Counted from the stretch's first letter, positions 27,089 to 37,063 are shown. The stretch is 64,000 nucleotides of DNA from an uncultured Candidatus Binatia bacterium (GCA_965221155.1 OZ244869.1:4895321-4959320); one strand, 5' to 3'. A program made the numbers and translations. The notes: a model not told the origin generated them from the letters alone.

Positions 27089-27643
27089 GTGACTCCCGGC
27101 GCCGTACGTTTCGCCCAAGCCGCCCTGGTAGGGGACTCCGACCCTCCGGGGCATACCCTGGCGCTGGCGGAGCACGCCGGCGAGATGCTGGGGCGCCGCG
27201 GCATCACCCTGGTCACCGGCGGCCGCGGTGGAGTGATGGAAGCCGCCGCCCGTGGAGCCGCCCGGGCCGGCGGCCTGACCGTGGGGATCACCCCCGGCAC
27301 CGACACGAACTCGGCCAACCCCTGGTGTGACATCGTCCTGCCCACCGGCCTGGGCCACGCCCGAAACGTCCTGACGGCGCTGGCCGGCGACTTCATCGTG
27401 GCCGTGGGCGGCGGCGCCGGCACCCTCTCCGAACTGTGCTTCGGATGGGTCCACGGACGGCCCATCTACGTCCTGCAGGGATCGGGAGGATGGTCGGACA
27501 GGCTCGCCGGCGGCGCGCTGGATCACCGAGCCTCTTCGGTCATCGTCACCTGCGACGGCGTCGAAGCGCTGGAACGCGAAGTGGTACGGTTCTGCGCCGC
27601 GAAGGAGCTCAGGATCAGAGAGCCGGACGGACGTCCTATGTAG
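27089..27643 (+). CDS. TIGR00725 / LOG-like Rossmann-fold protein
   Basis: GTG start with AGGAAGG SD. Motif LVTGGRGGVMEAAARGAARAGGLTVGI ... GGGAGTLSE. The stop codon is supplied by the adjacent REP flank (atgTAGgggcggg). Confidence 0.55.
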   Translation: MTPGAVRFAQAALVGDSDPPGHTLALAEHAGEMLGRRGITLVTGGRGGVMEAAARGAARAGGLTVGITPGTDTNSANPWCDIVLPTGLGHARNVLTALAGDFIVAVGGGAGTLSELCFGWVHGRPIYVLQGSGGWSDRLAGGALDHRASSVIVTCDGVEALEREVVRFCAAKELRIREPDGRPM

Positions 27644-27700
27644 GGGCGGGTTTCAAACCCGCCCGTGCCCGCATCGGGCTGTCGGGCGATACAGGCTCGC
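27639..27700. repeat. single REP unit
   Basis: tgtaGGGGCGGGTTTCAAACCCGCCCgtgcccgcatcgggctgtcgggcgatacaggct; the same extended flank recurs at 35260. Confidence 0.85.
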
Positions 27701-27734
27701 GCGCGGCCGTGCCGCTGAACGGCGACGGTAGTTC

Positions 27735-28802
27735 ATGAACGCACGCTCACAGGCATTGTTCTGGCTCCTGGTCCTCGCAGCGGCGTTGCTGCTGGTCTGG
27801 CTCCTGAGCGCCATCCTGCTTCCCTTCGTGCTGGGCATCGCCCTCGCCTATTTTCTGGACCCCGCCGCGACGTGGCTGGAACGGCGCGGCTGGTCACGCA
27901 TGGCGGCCACCGTTCTCATCGCCGCCGGCTTCTTCAGCGCCGGACTGTTGCTGTTGCTGCTGCTCATTCCACCGGTGGCGGAACAGGCTGCGGACCTGCT
28001 CCAGCGGCTTCCGGGGCTGGTCTCCCGCCTGGTCCAATCCATCGGCCCGCTCCTTGCCCGGATTCTGAACGCCATCGGTGCTGAACAGCCCGAGGGGCTG
28101 CACCAGACCCTGGCCGGGAACCTGCAGCGGACGGCCGCCCTGGGACTGGGGCTGCTCAAGGGTCTGATGGGCGGCGGCGCCGCGGTCGTCAACGTCGCTT
28201 CCCTCCTCACCATCACGCCCCTCACCACCTTCTACGTGCTGCGGCAATGGCCCGTGATCATCGCCTCCGTGGACGACTGGCTGCCCCGCGACCACGCCGA
28301 CGCGGTGCGCGGCATCATGCGCGACATCGACGTGGTGCTGAAGGGATTCCTCCACGGCTCCGTCATCGTCTGCGCGGCGTTGGCGATCTTCTACGGCATC
28401 GCCCTTTCGCTGGCGGGTCTCGACTACGGCCTGACCATCGGACTCGCTACCGGCGCCGTTTCCTTCATCCCCTACGTGGGAACGATCTTCGGGCTGGTCT
28501 CGTCCATGGGAGTCGCCTTCCTGCAGTTCTGGCCCGACTGGATCCGCATCGCCGTGATCCTGGGAATCTTTCTCGTGGGGCAGTTGGTGGCCGACTACGT
28601 GCTGACCCCGCGGGTCATGGGCAGCCGCCTGGCCGTCCATCCCCTGTGGCTGATCTTCGGCCTGTTCGCCGGCGGCGCCCTCTTCGGCTTCGTCGGCATG
28701 CTGCTCTCGGTACCCGCCACCGCCGCCATCGGCGTCCTCACCCGCTTCTTCATCGGGCGCTACAAGGAATCTTCGTTATATCGAGGATCGAGCGGATCCT
28801 GA
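27735..28802 (+). CDS. AI-2E family transporter (UPF0118/PerM-like)
   Basis: 355 aa, ~8 TM segments, typical topology. Confidence 0.7.
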   Translation: MNARSQALFWLLVLAAALLLVWLLSAILLPFVLGIALAYFLDPAATWLERRGWSRMAATVLIAAGFFSAGLLLLLLLIPPVAEQAADLLQRLPGLVSRLVQSIGPLLARILNAIGAEQPEGLHQTLAGNLQRTAALGLGLLKGLMGGGAAVVNVASLLTITPLTTFYVLRQWPVIIASVDDWLPRDHADAVRGIMRDIDVVLKGFLHGSVIVCAALAIFYGIALSLAGLDYGLTIGLATGAVSFIPYVGTIFGLVSSMGVAFLQFWPDWIRIAVILGIFLVGQLVADYVLTPRVMGSRLAVHPLWLIFGLFAGGALFGFVGMLLSVPATAAIGVLTRFFIGRYKESSLYRGSSGS

Positions 28803-28874
28803 CGCTGGGCAAACAGGGAGCCTGCCCAGGGGACCCGCTGCACCGTTTCGTTCCGCACACCATACAACCGTGGT

Positions 28875-29290
28875 TTCACGAACGCGGACGGGTTTGAAAC
28901 CCGCCCCTACATCCGCCTCTCCGGACCTGGCGAGGAATGGTCGGACATTGGTCCCCGTCCTGTCCGGCCGGGACGCGCCAAGGCGGACGGCGGGGGGTGT
29001 TTTCGCCCGGTGGGCGCGTGGGAACGCGATGCCTGGCGACTTCGCCTTGCATGAACGTGGTGCATGTAGGGGCGGGTTTCAAACCCGCCCGTACATCCCC
29101 CTCTCCGGACCTGGCGGAATGGTCGGACGTTGGTCCCTGTCCTGTCCGGGCTGGGGACGCGTCAACGCGGACCGCCGGTGGTGTTTTCGCCCGTTGGGCG
29201 CGTGGGAACGCGATGTCTGGCGACTTCGGCATGCACGAACGTGGTGCATGTAGGGGCGGGTTTCAAACCCGCCCGTGTACAAGATTAGCG
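28875..29290. repeat. REP array B: 2 x ~190-bp composite units (3 REP cores), 5' flank of the RAYT gene
   Basis: REP cores near 28875, 29067 and 29254; the intervening 170-bp segments are >90 % identical. Confidence 0.85.
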
Positions 29291-29312
29291 GGTCCGGCCG
29301 ATATATTGGAAC

Positions 29313-29855
29313 ATGAACACGCACCGTGACACGAACCAACCTGCACGCCGCTCCATCCGGCTGCGTGGTTTCGACTATGCCCAACAGGGGGCCTATTTCG
29401 TGACCATCTGCACGCACCAACGCGCATGCCTGTTCGGTGAAATCGCGGACGATGAGATGCGATTCAACACAACCGGGAGCGTGGCACACGGCGTGTGGAT
29501 GGGACTACCCACGCACTATCCCCACGTTGAGCTGGATGCCTTCGTCGTGATGCCGAACCATGTCCACGGCATCGTCGTCCTGGGATCAGGCATCCAACCG
29601 ACGCCCGTGAAGCTAGAGTCCCTGTCGGAGATCATTCGGGGATTCAAGACCTTCTCGGCTCGCCAAATCAATCGGTCACGGTCCAGGCCGGGAAACCGTG
29701 TGTGGCAACGCAACTACTACGACCATGTCATCCGCGATGAAGTCGGCCTCGACCGAATCCGGCAATACATCGTGGACAACCCGGCCCGCTGGGCGGAAGA
29801 TCCGGAAAACCCGGCCCGTCGGTCTGACGGGCGCGGGCGGGACCAAGGCGGGTGA
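29313..29855 (+). CDS. REP-associated tyrosine transposase (RAYT; IS200/IS605-like Y1 HUH)
   Basis: HUH motif MPNHVHGIVVL; catalytic Tyr region RVWQRNYYDHVIRDEVG; N-terminal FDYAQQGAYFVTICT. Flanked by REPs in opposite orientation. Confidence 0.85.
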   Translation: MNTHRDTNQPARRSIRLRGFDYAQQGAYFVTICTHQRACLFGEIADDEMRFNTTGSVAHGVWMGLPTHYPHVELDAFVVMPNHVHGIVVLGSGIQPTPVKLESLSEIIRGFKTFSARQINRSRSRPGNRVWQRNYYDHVIRDEVGLDRIRQYIVDNPARWAEDPENPARRSDGRGRDQGG

Positions 29856-29884
29856 CCGGTCCTACACCAACGCGGCTGCCGGCC

Positions 29885-30810
29885 CGAGCGCGGGCGGGTT
29901 TCAAACCCGCCCCTACGTCCGCCTCTCCGGACTTGGCGGAATGGTCCGACGTTGGTCCCTGTCCGGGCCGGGGCCGGGGACGCGCCAATGCGGACCGCCG
30001 GGGGTGTTTTCGCCCGGCCTGCCGGCCAGCGCGCGGGCGGGTTTGAAACCCGCCCCTACAATCGCCTCTCCGGACCTGGCGGAATGGTCGGACGTTGGTC
30101 CCTGTCCGGGCCGGGACGGGGATGCGTCAATGCGGACCGCGGGTCGTGTTCTCGCCCGGCCTGCCGGCCAGCGCACGGGCGGGTTTGAAACCCGCCCCTA
30201 CGTCCGCCTCTCCGGACCTGGCGGAATGGTCGACGTTGGTCCCTGTCCGGGACGGGACGGGGATGCGTCAATGCGGACCGCGGGTCGTGTTCTCGCCCGG
30301 CCTGCCGGCCCGTGCGCGGGCGGGTTTGAAACCCGCCCCTACAATCGCCTCTCCGGACCTGGCGGAATGGTCGGACGTTGGTCCCTGTCCGGGCCGGGAC
30401 GGGGATGCGTCAATGCGGACCGCGGGGGGTGTTCTCGCCCGGCCTGCCGGCCAGCGCACGGGCGGGTTTGAAACCCGCCCCTACGTCCGCCTCTCCGGAC
30501 TTGGCGGAATGGTCGGACGTTGGTCCCTGTCCGGGCCGGGACGGGGATGCGTCAATGCGGACCGCTGGGGGTGTTTTCGCCCGGCCTGCCGGCCAGCGCA
30601 CGGGCGGGTTTGAAACCCGCCCCTACGTCCGCCTCTCCGGACTTGGCGGAATGGTCGGACGTTGCGCCCTGTCCGGGACGGGGCCGGGGACGCGTCAATG
30701 CGGACCGCGGGGGGTGTTTTCGCCCGGTGGGCGCGTGGGAACGCGATGCCTGGCGACTTCGCCTTGCATGAACGTGGTGCATGTAGGGGCGGGTTTCAAA
30801 CCCGCCCGCG
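29885..30810. repeat. REP array C: 6 x ~142-bp composite REP units plus one 190-bp unit, 3' flank of the RAYT gene
   Basis: REP cores at ~29891, 30035, 30178, 30317, 30460, 30602 and 30786. Unit is REP + CTACGTCCGCCTCTCCGGACCTGGCGGAATGGTCGGACGTTGGTCCCTGTCCGGGCCGGGACGGGGATGCGTCAATGCGGACCGCGG...CCGGCCAGCGCACG. Many track ORFs here are translations of the repeat. Confidence 0.9.
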
Positions 30811-30842
30811 CCTCGGTGTCACACGACTGGGACGGGGAGCGC

Positions 30843-31610
30843 TCACTGGGTCAGCTTGCGCCGCATGAGGCGTGCCGCGTAGGCGATCAGCACTGTGGAG
30901 AGGCCCAGAATATACGCGACGTCCCACAACAGCGTGGGCGATGCCGGGCCGAAGAACGAGGCGCGTGCGAGCCGCACGGGGTGGAGCAGCGGCAGGCATT
31001 CGGCCACCCAGAGCCAGGACGCCGACAGGCGTTCCTCCAGGGGGAAGAACACCGACGAGAAGAGGAACAGGGGCGTGAGGAACAGGGTGAAGTAGAAGCT
31101 GTAGAGTTCGATCGTGCCGATGCGCAGGGTGAAAGCCAGCCCGATGGCCGAGAAGAGAAGACCCGTGAGGGGTATCACCGGCAGCACCCACAGAGCCTGC
31201 GGCAGCGGCGCAAGCCCGGCCGCGGCCACCACAAGCACGAAGGACAGGCCGTAGACGCACGACCGGGTCATGGCCCACAGCAACTCGCCGGCGACCACGT
31301 CCGCTGGCTGGATCGGAGTGGTCAGCATGGCGTCGTAGGCCTTCTCGATATTCATGCGCACGAAGATGTTGTAGGTCACCTCGAAGCTGGCGCCGTTCAT
31401 GGCGGCGACGCACACGAGCCCCGGCGCCAGGAACTGGATGTAGGAGGTACCGCCCATGGTGGTGATGTAGGCGCCGAGGCCCACGCCGAGGGACACCAGA
31501 TAGAGGACCGGCTCGAAGAAGTTGGGCAGGATGTTCCATCTCCAGGTCCGGCGGTACATGGTGGCGTTGCGCCGCCACACCGCCAGGGCGTACCGCCAGG
31601 ACAGGGTCAC
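30843..31610 (-). CDS. ABC-2 type transporter permease
   Basis: 255 aa, 6 TM segments, ABC-2 topology. Overlaps the ATPase gene by 4 nt. Confidence 0.7.
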   Translation of the reverse strand: MTLSWRYALAVWRRNATMYRRTWRWNILPNFFEPVLYLVSLGVGLGAYITTMGGTSYIQFLAPGLVCVAAMNGASFEVTYNIFVRMNIEKAYDAMLTTPIQPADVVAGELLWAMTRSCVYGLSFVLVVAAAGLAPLPQALWVLPVIPLTGLLFSAIGLAFTLRIGTIELYSFYFTLFLTPLFLFSSVFFPLEERLSASWLWVAECLPLLHPVRLARASFFGPASPTLLWDVAYILGLSTVLIAYAARLMRRKLTQ

Positions 31611-32536
31611 GGGCCTTCCTCGAGACGGGTGCCGGTGAGGGTCAGGAACACGTCCTCCAGATTGGTGGGCCGCACCGCCACGGCACGCGCACCGGCTCCG
31701 GCCTGGAGCCCGAGCCTGATCCGCTCCAGCAGCAAGGCGGGATCATCCAGATAGATCATGCTGCGGTTGCCCGAGCGGTAGCGCGGCAGGCTGTCGTCGA
31801 GGCCCCGTAACAGGGCGTGTTCCTGTTCCGGCGTTGCCTCGAGCTCCACCGCCTGCGGGGCCAGGTAGCGTTCGATGAGCTCCTCCGGCGCGCCCTGGGC
31901 GATGACGTCGCCGGCGGACATGATGGCGACGGTGTCACACAGCCGCTGGGCCTCGTCCATGTAGTGGGTGGTCAAGAGAACGGTGGCGCCGTCGCGGCGC
32001 AAATCGCGCACCCGGGACCAGAGAGCCAGGCGCACCGCCGGGTCGAGGCCGGTGGTGGGCTCGTCCAGGATCAGCAGCTCCGGACGGTTCATCAGCGAGA
32101 GGGCCACCGCCAGCCGGCGCTGATAGCCGCCGGAAAGCTTGGCCACCGGTACGTCGGCGTGGGAGCGCAGCTCCATGAAGTCGATGAGTTCTTCCACCCG
32201 CCGCGCCAGCCCGGCGCCGTCCATGAGGTGGTAGCGCCCGAAGATGGCGAGGTTTTCCCGCGGCGACAGGGTCTCGATGAGAACGTTCTGCTGCAGCGTG
32301 ACGCCCAGACGTTGGCGCACCGCGCGCACGTTGCGCGACACATCCATGCCGAACACGCGGATCTGGCCGCTGGTGGGCAGGGTGACGCCGTAGATCATGC
32401 GCAGCGTCGTGGTCTTGCCGGCGCCGTTGGGACCCAGCAGACCGAAGCAGACGCCCCGCGGAACGTTCAGGATGAGCTCGTCTACGGCCACCCGCTCGCC
32501 GAAGCGCTTGGTGACGCCGGAAACTTCAACGATCAC
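31607..32536 (-). CDS. ABC transporter ATP-binding protein
   Basis: Walker A GPNGAGKTT, signature LSGGYQRRL, Walker B LILDEPTTGLD. Confidence 0.85.
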   Translation of the reverse strand: MIVEVSGVTKRFGERVAVDELILNVPRGVCFGLLGPNGAGKTTTLRMIYGVTLPTSGQIRVFGMDVSRNVRAVRQRLGVTLQQNVLIETLSPRENLAIFGRYHLMDGAGLARRVEELIDFMELRSHADVPVAKLSGGYQRRLAVALSLMNRPELLILDEPTTGLDPAVRLALWSRVRDLRRDGATVLLTTHYMDEAQRLCDTVAIMSAGDVIAQGAPEELIERYLAPQAVELEATPEQEHALLRGLDDSLPRYRSGNRSMIYLDDPALLLERIRLGLQAGAGARAVAVRPTNLEDVFLTLTGTRLEEGP

Positions 32537-32566
32537 GCGCAGTGGCCGTGAGCCCGTGGCGAGGCA

Positions 32567-33631
32567 TTAGTTGAGGCCGTAGAAACGGCGCGCGTTGTCT
32601 CCCAGCACCGCCGCCTTGTGCTCCTCCGAGAGCTCCGTGTGGTTGCGCGTCTCCTCGATCATCTTCCGGGCCGCCGGCAGGTCCACCTCGTGAGGATAGT
32701 CGGACGAGTAGGCGAACGGCTCGACGCCCACGCGACGGGCCAGATACGGCAGGCTGACGTCGTTTCCCTCGCAGCCGATAAGGATCTGGCCGCTGGCGAT
32801 GTACTCAGGCAGCGGACGGCACGAGAGACCTTCCAGCTCCGCGTCGCGTTCCATGCGGTCGGCGATGCAGGTGAGCCAGGCGCAGCCGCCCTCCAGAAAC
32901 GCCACCTTGAGGGTCGGGTAGCGGTCGAACCAGCCATGATAGATGAACGAAACCAAGCCGATCATGAGCGGGACCGGGTGGTGCAGCAGCCGGGAGCCCA
33001 ACCGGCTGCTGAACGAGTCCAGGCCCACGCCGCGGTTGGAGCCGCCGTGAATGCCCAGCACGCAGCCGAGCTCCGCGGCCTCCTCGTAGACGGGTGCGTA
33101 GAACTCGTGGCCCAGGTGGAGATCCAGACCAGTGGAGGGAAGCATGCCGCCCAGCAGGCCCAGCTCCTTCACGCACCGGCGTAGCTCCGCGGCCGCGGCC
33201 TTGGGGTCCTGCATGGGCAGCAGCGCGATCGGATGGAGCCGTTTGCTGATGCCCCGGTACCGCTCGGTGACATAGTCGTTGTAGCCGCGGCACACCTTGA
33301 CGGCGTAGCTGGGCTGCTGGATGAAGCCCAGGGACAATCCTTCGGTGGCGTAGAGAACCGAGTCCGTGATCTCCGCTTTCTTCACGAACTCGAAGATGTC
33401 CTCGCCCGAGCCCGGCCGGCCGTCACTGGCTCTCACCGGGTTGATGCGGTTCTCCGCGGTCATTTCCTCGGTCTCCGGGTAGTGCATACCGTCGATGGAG
33501 GGAAACACGCCCGCCCGGTTCCGGGGCGGATTCAACGCGTACTCCCTCGCTTCCGGGACCATGTACTCCGCCATCTCGGGTATGGACTCGATCAGATGGC
33601 CGTCGGCGTCGACAACGGATATCTCGCTCAT
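32567..33631 (-). CDS. amidohydrolase-2 family metal-dependent hydrolase
   Basis: Track ORF 32567..33757 runs into the MITE. True start MSEISVVDADGHLIES (ATG 33629-33631, GAGG SD). TIM-barrel hydrolase motifs. Confidence 0.65.
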   Translation of the reverse strand: MSEISVVDADGHLIESIPEMAEYMVPEAREYALNPPRNRAGVFPSIDGMHYPETEEMTAENRINPVRASDGRPGSGEDIFEFVKKAEITDSVLYATEGLSLGFIQQPSYAVKVCRGYNDYVTERYRGISKRLHPIALLPMQDPKAAAAELRRCVKELGLLGGMLPSTGLDLHLGHEFYAPVYEEAAELGCVLGIHGGSNRGVGLDSFSSRLGSRLLHHPVPLMIGLVSFIYHGWFDRYPTLKVAFLEGGCAWLTCIADRMERDAELEGLSCRPLPEYIASGQILIGCEGNDVSLPYLARRVGVEPFAYSSDYPHEVDLPAARKMIEETRNHTELSEEHKAAVLGDNARRFYGLN

Positions 33632-33669
33632 TTCAACCTCCCGCGTGGTCAGGGTTCGCAGAATATGCC

Positions 33670-33857
33670 TAGTGTTGTGTCTCACAAATAGGTTTACAAA
33701 TCTGCTGGTCTTTTTCGCCGTCGGCTGCGTTGCTCTTCCTCGCGTGGTGCACGCCACAGGAGGGCGACCGCCGGTCGCCCCTACAGGTCATCGCGCCTTG
33801 CCGACGACGAAAAATCCTGCGCATCTTTGCAAACCTATTTGTGAGACACAACACTAG
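33670..33857. mobile_element. MITE copy 2 (~188 bp; termini TA|GTGTTGTGTCTCAC ... GTGAGACACAACAC|TA)
   Basis: Perfect 14-bp inverted termini flanked by TA. Conserved GGTTTACAAA arms. Centre is a different hairpin (GGGCGACCGCCGGTCGCCC). Confidence 0.75.
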
Positions 33858-33891
33858 TGTCCTGTGCCGGGCGGCAGCGCCGGGCGGGCGC

Positions 33892-33950
33892 GGGCGGGTT
33901 TGAAACCCGCCCCTACAGCGGATGTCCGGTTCCTGCGGCGCAGGCCACTA
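33892..33950. repeat. single REP unit abutting the MITE
   Basis: GGGCGGGTTTGAAACCCGCCCctacagcggatgtccggttcctgcggcgcagg. Confidence 0.85.
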
Positions 33951-34007
33951 GTGGCCACTACCACCGGGTACCGGTGACGTCAACCGGGACAAAGCGAAAC
34001 GCCCGCG

Positions 34008-35219
34008 TCAGTCCCTTCGGAACCTCAGGGGCAACACGATGCACGCACCTAACAGCAGACAGGCGCCAGGGAAGAAGAAGGCCGTCATGATGCCGAAACG
34101 TTCGCTGAGATATCCTGCCAACGTGGGCGCGGGCACCACCAGGATGTGGGTGCCGAAGGACACCAGCCCGAAGGAGGATGCCTGGCTGTCTTTTCCCGCC
34201 GCGTCCAGTGCCGCCGCCGTCGTCACGTTGGCCACCGTGTAGAAGAGAAACCCGATGGCGACGACCACGATCGCCAGCGCCACTTCGTTGGTCGCCCACT
34301 GCAGCAGGAAGTATACAACCCCAAGGAGCACCAGCGAAGGCGCCAGTACCGGCTTGCGGCCCAAACGGTCCGACAGCACCCCCATCACGGGCTGGGCCAC
34401 CAGGCCCGACACCGCCATGCACGTGAGATAAATGCCCATGAGCCCCAGTCTGTAGCCCAGGTGCTCGGCGAGGTAGATGGGCAGAAACGTCATGGTCACC
34501 TGCCGTGCGATCTGGTTGAAACTCCGCACCAGCATCACTGCGAGGATCACCGGATTCCGCACCAGCTCCTTCATCTCCCGGAACAGCTTGGGCTTCTTCG
34601 CCGGAATCTCGTCGCCCTCGAACATGCGCGCGGAATAGATCCACACCACCCCCGCCGCGGCGAGCCCTACCAGGAACTGGCTTTGCATCACCCGTTGCCA
34701 TGCGAAGTTCTCCAGCAAAAAACCCATGGCCAGCGGGGTCACGGTGGTGCCCAGGGTGGCGCCCATGCCGTAGACCGCAATGGCCGTGGCCCGGCGCTCC
34801 GGGAACTGGTTCGAAAGCGAGGCCACCGACGCCGGATGAAACAGCGTGGTTCCTATGGCCAGGAGCGCGACGGCGAGCAGCGCCCACCCGTAGCCGGGCA
34901 GTGCCCCGAACACCCAGCAAAAAAGCGCCATGCACACCAGCGACGACGTCACGATGAGCCCGCGCCGGTGAACCCAGGTGTCGGCAAGCATTCCCGACGG
35001 GACGTCCAACGCGGCCTGAACGAACATCCGCATGGAGGCGAGACCGCCCACCTGCACGTCGTTGAGTCCCATGCTCGACTTGAAGACCGGCCCGAGGACC
35101 CACTGAAGCTGCATGAACCAGTGGATGACGGCATGGGCCAGGGTGATGAAACCCAGGAGCCTGAGGCGCTGTCGCCCAACCTGGCCGGCCAGAGTGCGGA
35201 GCGATTGGAGTGTCTTCAT
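34008..35219 (-). CDS. MFS transporter
   Basis: 403 aa, 12 TM segments, MFS motifs (GMLADTWVHRRG; LSDRLGRK). Confidence 0.75.
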   Translation of the reverse strand: MKTLQSLRTLAGQVGRQRLRLLGFITLAHAVIHWFMQLQWVLGPVFKSSMGLNDVQVGGLASMRMFVQAALDVPSGMLADTWVHRRGLIVTSSLVCMALFCWVFGALPGYGWALLAVALLAIGTTLFHPASVASLSNQFPERRATAIAVYGMGATLGTTVTPLAMGFLLENFAWQRVMQSQFLVGLAAAGVVWIYSARMFEGDEIPAKKPKLFREMKELVRNPVILAVMLVRSFNQIARQVTMTFLPIYLAEHLGYRLGLMGIYLTCMAVSGLVAQPVMGVLSDRLGRKPVLAPSLVLLGVVYFLLQWATNEVALAIVVVAIGFLFYTVANVTTAAALDAAGKDSQASSFGLVSFGTHILVVPAPTLAGYLSERFGIMTAFFFPGACLLLGACIVLPLRFRRD

Positions 35220-35259
35220 GAGGGTGCGCCGAATCAGGCAGCCGCTGATATCGGACGCC

Positions 35260-35323
35260 CGATGTAGGGGCGGGTTTCAAACCCGCCCGTGCCCGCATCG
35301 CTCTACCGGCCGATGCAGGTTCC
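35260..35323. repeat. single REP unit
   Basis: gatgtaGGGGCGGGTTTCAAACCCGCCCgtgcccgcatcgctctaccggccgatgcaggttcc. Confidence 0.85.
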
Positions 35324-36801
35324 TAACCCGTTCCATTGACCCCGCGGGCCTGGAGCACGAGCCGGGTCTTCATTTCGTGGAGCCGCGCTTCGAGGCCCAC
35401 CGGATATTCGTGCGGATTCACCCGGCGTTTGATGCTGTTGTGGAAACCCGCCAGCTCGGCCTGGGCCCGCTCCCTGGCCGCGTGCACGGACGGCACGTCG
35501 TAGACCAGCCCGCCTTCGCGGAACACCGGGATCAGCAGATCCTCGCACTCGGTGCCGCCGGAGATGTGTTTCCTGCGGGTCATGTTCATGGGGTCGACGA
35601 TGGTGCAGCCGTCGGCGATGCCCAGGGTCTCATCGTAGATGGCGTCCGCCAGGAACCGGTCCCCACGGCGGAAACGCCGCGTCTGAAGGATCCCCGGCGT
35701 CGACACCTTGATGGCCTGCTCCGAGAGCTTCACCTTGTTGATCCACTCGTTCCCCTCGGACCGCACGCACGACAACTTGTAGACGCCGCCGAGAGCGGGC
35801 TGATCATAGCCGGTGGCGAGCTTGGTGCCGACGCCCCAGACGTTGATGCGGGCGCCCTCCTCCTTGAGCGACGCGATCAGGTGCTCGTCGAGATCGTTGC
35901 TGCCGACGATGACCGCGTCCGGGAAACCGCTCTCGTCCAGGATACGGCGCGCTTCGATGCTGAGAAAGGCCAGGTCTCCGGAGTCCAGTCGAATGCCCAC
36001 CATCTCGTGGCCCCGCTCCCGCAGCTTGCGGCCGATCTCCACCGCCTTGCGGACGCCGTTCAGGCTGTCGAACGTATCCACCAGCAACAGACAATTGTTG
36101 GGCATGGCGTCGGCGTAGGTGTCGAAGGCCTCCATCTCGTCGTCGAAGGACAGCACCCAACTGTGGGCGTGGGTCCCCTTCACCGGGATGTCGAAGAGCT
36201 TGCCGGCAAGGGCGTTGGAGGTCCCGGTGCAGCCGCCCACGTAGGCCGCCCGGCTCGCCGCCAGCGCTCCGTCGAACCCCTGCGCCCTTCTCAATCCGAA
36301 CTCCAGCACCGGCTCGCCGCGGGCGGACTGGCACACCCGCGCCGCCTTGGTGGCGATGAGGGTCTGAAAGCAGATGATGTTGAGGAGCACCGTCTCCAGG
36401 AGCTGGCACTGCAGGATGGGACCCCGGACCCGCACCAGGGGCTCGTGCGGGAACACCACCGTTCCCTCGGGGATGGCGTCCACGTCACAAGCGAACCGGC
36501 AGTCCCGCAGATAGTCGAGAAAGGCGTCCTCGAACAGCCGCTCGTCATCGTTCCCACGCAACTGCGACAGATAGTCGAGATCGCTCTCGTCGAACCCGAA
36601 ACGGTTCAACACCCCCACCACGTGCCCGAGCCCGCAACCCACCGCAAACCCGCCATGGTAGGGATTTTCACGAAAGGAGAGGTGAAACACCGCTTCCTTT
36701 TGAGCGGTTCCGGACTTCCAGTAGGCGTACGCCATGGTGAGCTGGTAAAGGTCCGTCAGCAGCGCGAGGGAGTTGTTGTAGAGCTGTTCGAGAGTATGCA
36801 T
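35323..36801 (-). CDS. pncB: nicotinate phosphoribosyltransferase
   Basis: Track ORF 35323..36831 trimmed to [10 protein letters not shown]. NAPRTase family similarity over the whole length. Confidence 0.8.
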   Translation of the reverse strand: MHTLEQLYNNSLALLTDLYQLTMAYAYWKSGTAQKEAVFHLSFRENPYHGGFAVGCGLGHVVGVLNRFGFDESDLDYLSQLRGNDDERLFEDAFLDYLRDCRFACDVDAIPEGTVVFPHEPLVRVRGPILQCQLLETVLLNIICFQTLIATKAARVCQSARGEPVLEFGLRRAQGFDGALAASRAAYVGGCTGTSNALAGKLFDIPVKGTHAHSWVLSFDDEMEAFDTYADAMPNNCLLLVDTFDSLNGVRKAVEIGRKLRERGHEMVGIRLDSGDLAFLSIEARRILDESGFPDAVIVGSNDLDEHLIASLKEEGARINVWGVGTKLATGYDQPALGGVYKLSCVRSEGNEWINKVKLSEQAIKVSTPGILQTRRFRRGDRFLADAIYDETLGIADGCTIVDPMNMTRRKHISGGTECEDLLIPVFREGGLVYDVPSVHAARERAQAELAGFHNSIKRRVNPHEYPVGLEARLHEMKTRLVLQARGVNGTG

Positions 36802-36912
36802 ACGGGAGCACTTGATGTGTCGGGGCGACACCCACGGCCAGTTTAGGTGCTGGCACGCAGGTAATCAAGCGGCTCCGGGAGCCGGTATCGTCCGACAGCA
36901 CAGGCCGGGCAC

Positions 36913-37063
36913 GGGCGGGTTTGAAACCCGCCCCTACAGGGTGGGTGGCGGGGGTAGACGCGCTCCATCTACCCCCCCCCCCGAGGGCTTGCCTACGGGG
37001 GGTGGCAGCCCTCTCAACTCCCTCCGGGGGGGAGAGGTGTAGGGGCGGGTTTCAAACCCGCCC
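36913..37063. repeat. inverted REP doublet (REPIN-like) with ~110-bp spacer containing a C11-12 homopolymer
   Basis: Forward REP at 36913 and reverse REP at 37043. Spacer reads ggtagacgcgctccatctacccccccccccgagggc. Confidence 0.75.

Noticed and set aside
30843-33631. ABC-2 permease + ABC ATPase + amidohydrolase considered as a possible novel defence or toxin-export module.
   Set aside because: The architecture is a generic ABC exporter pair. The amidohydrolase is separated by a gap and shows nothing defence-specific. No support beyond adjacency.
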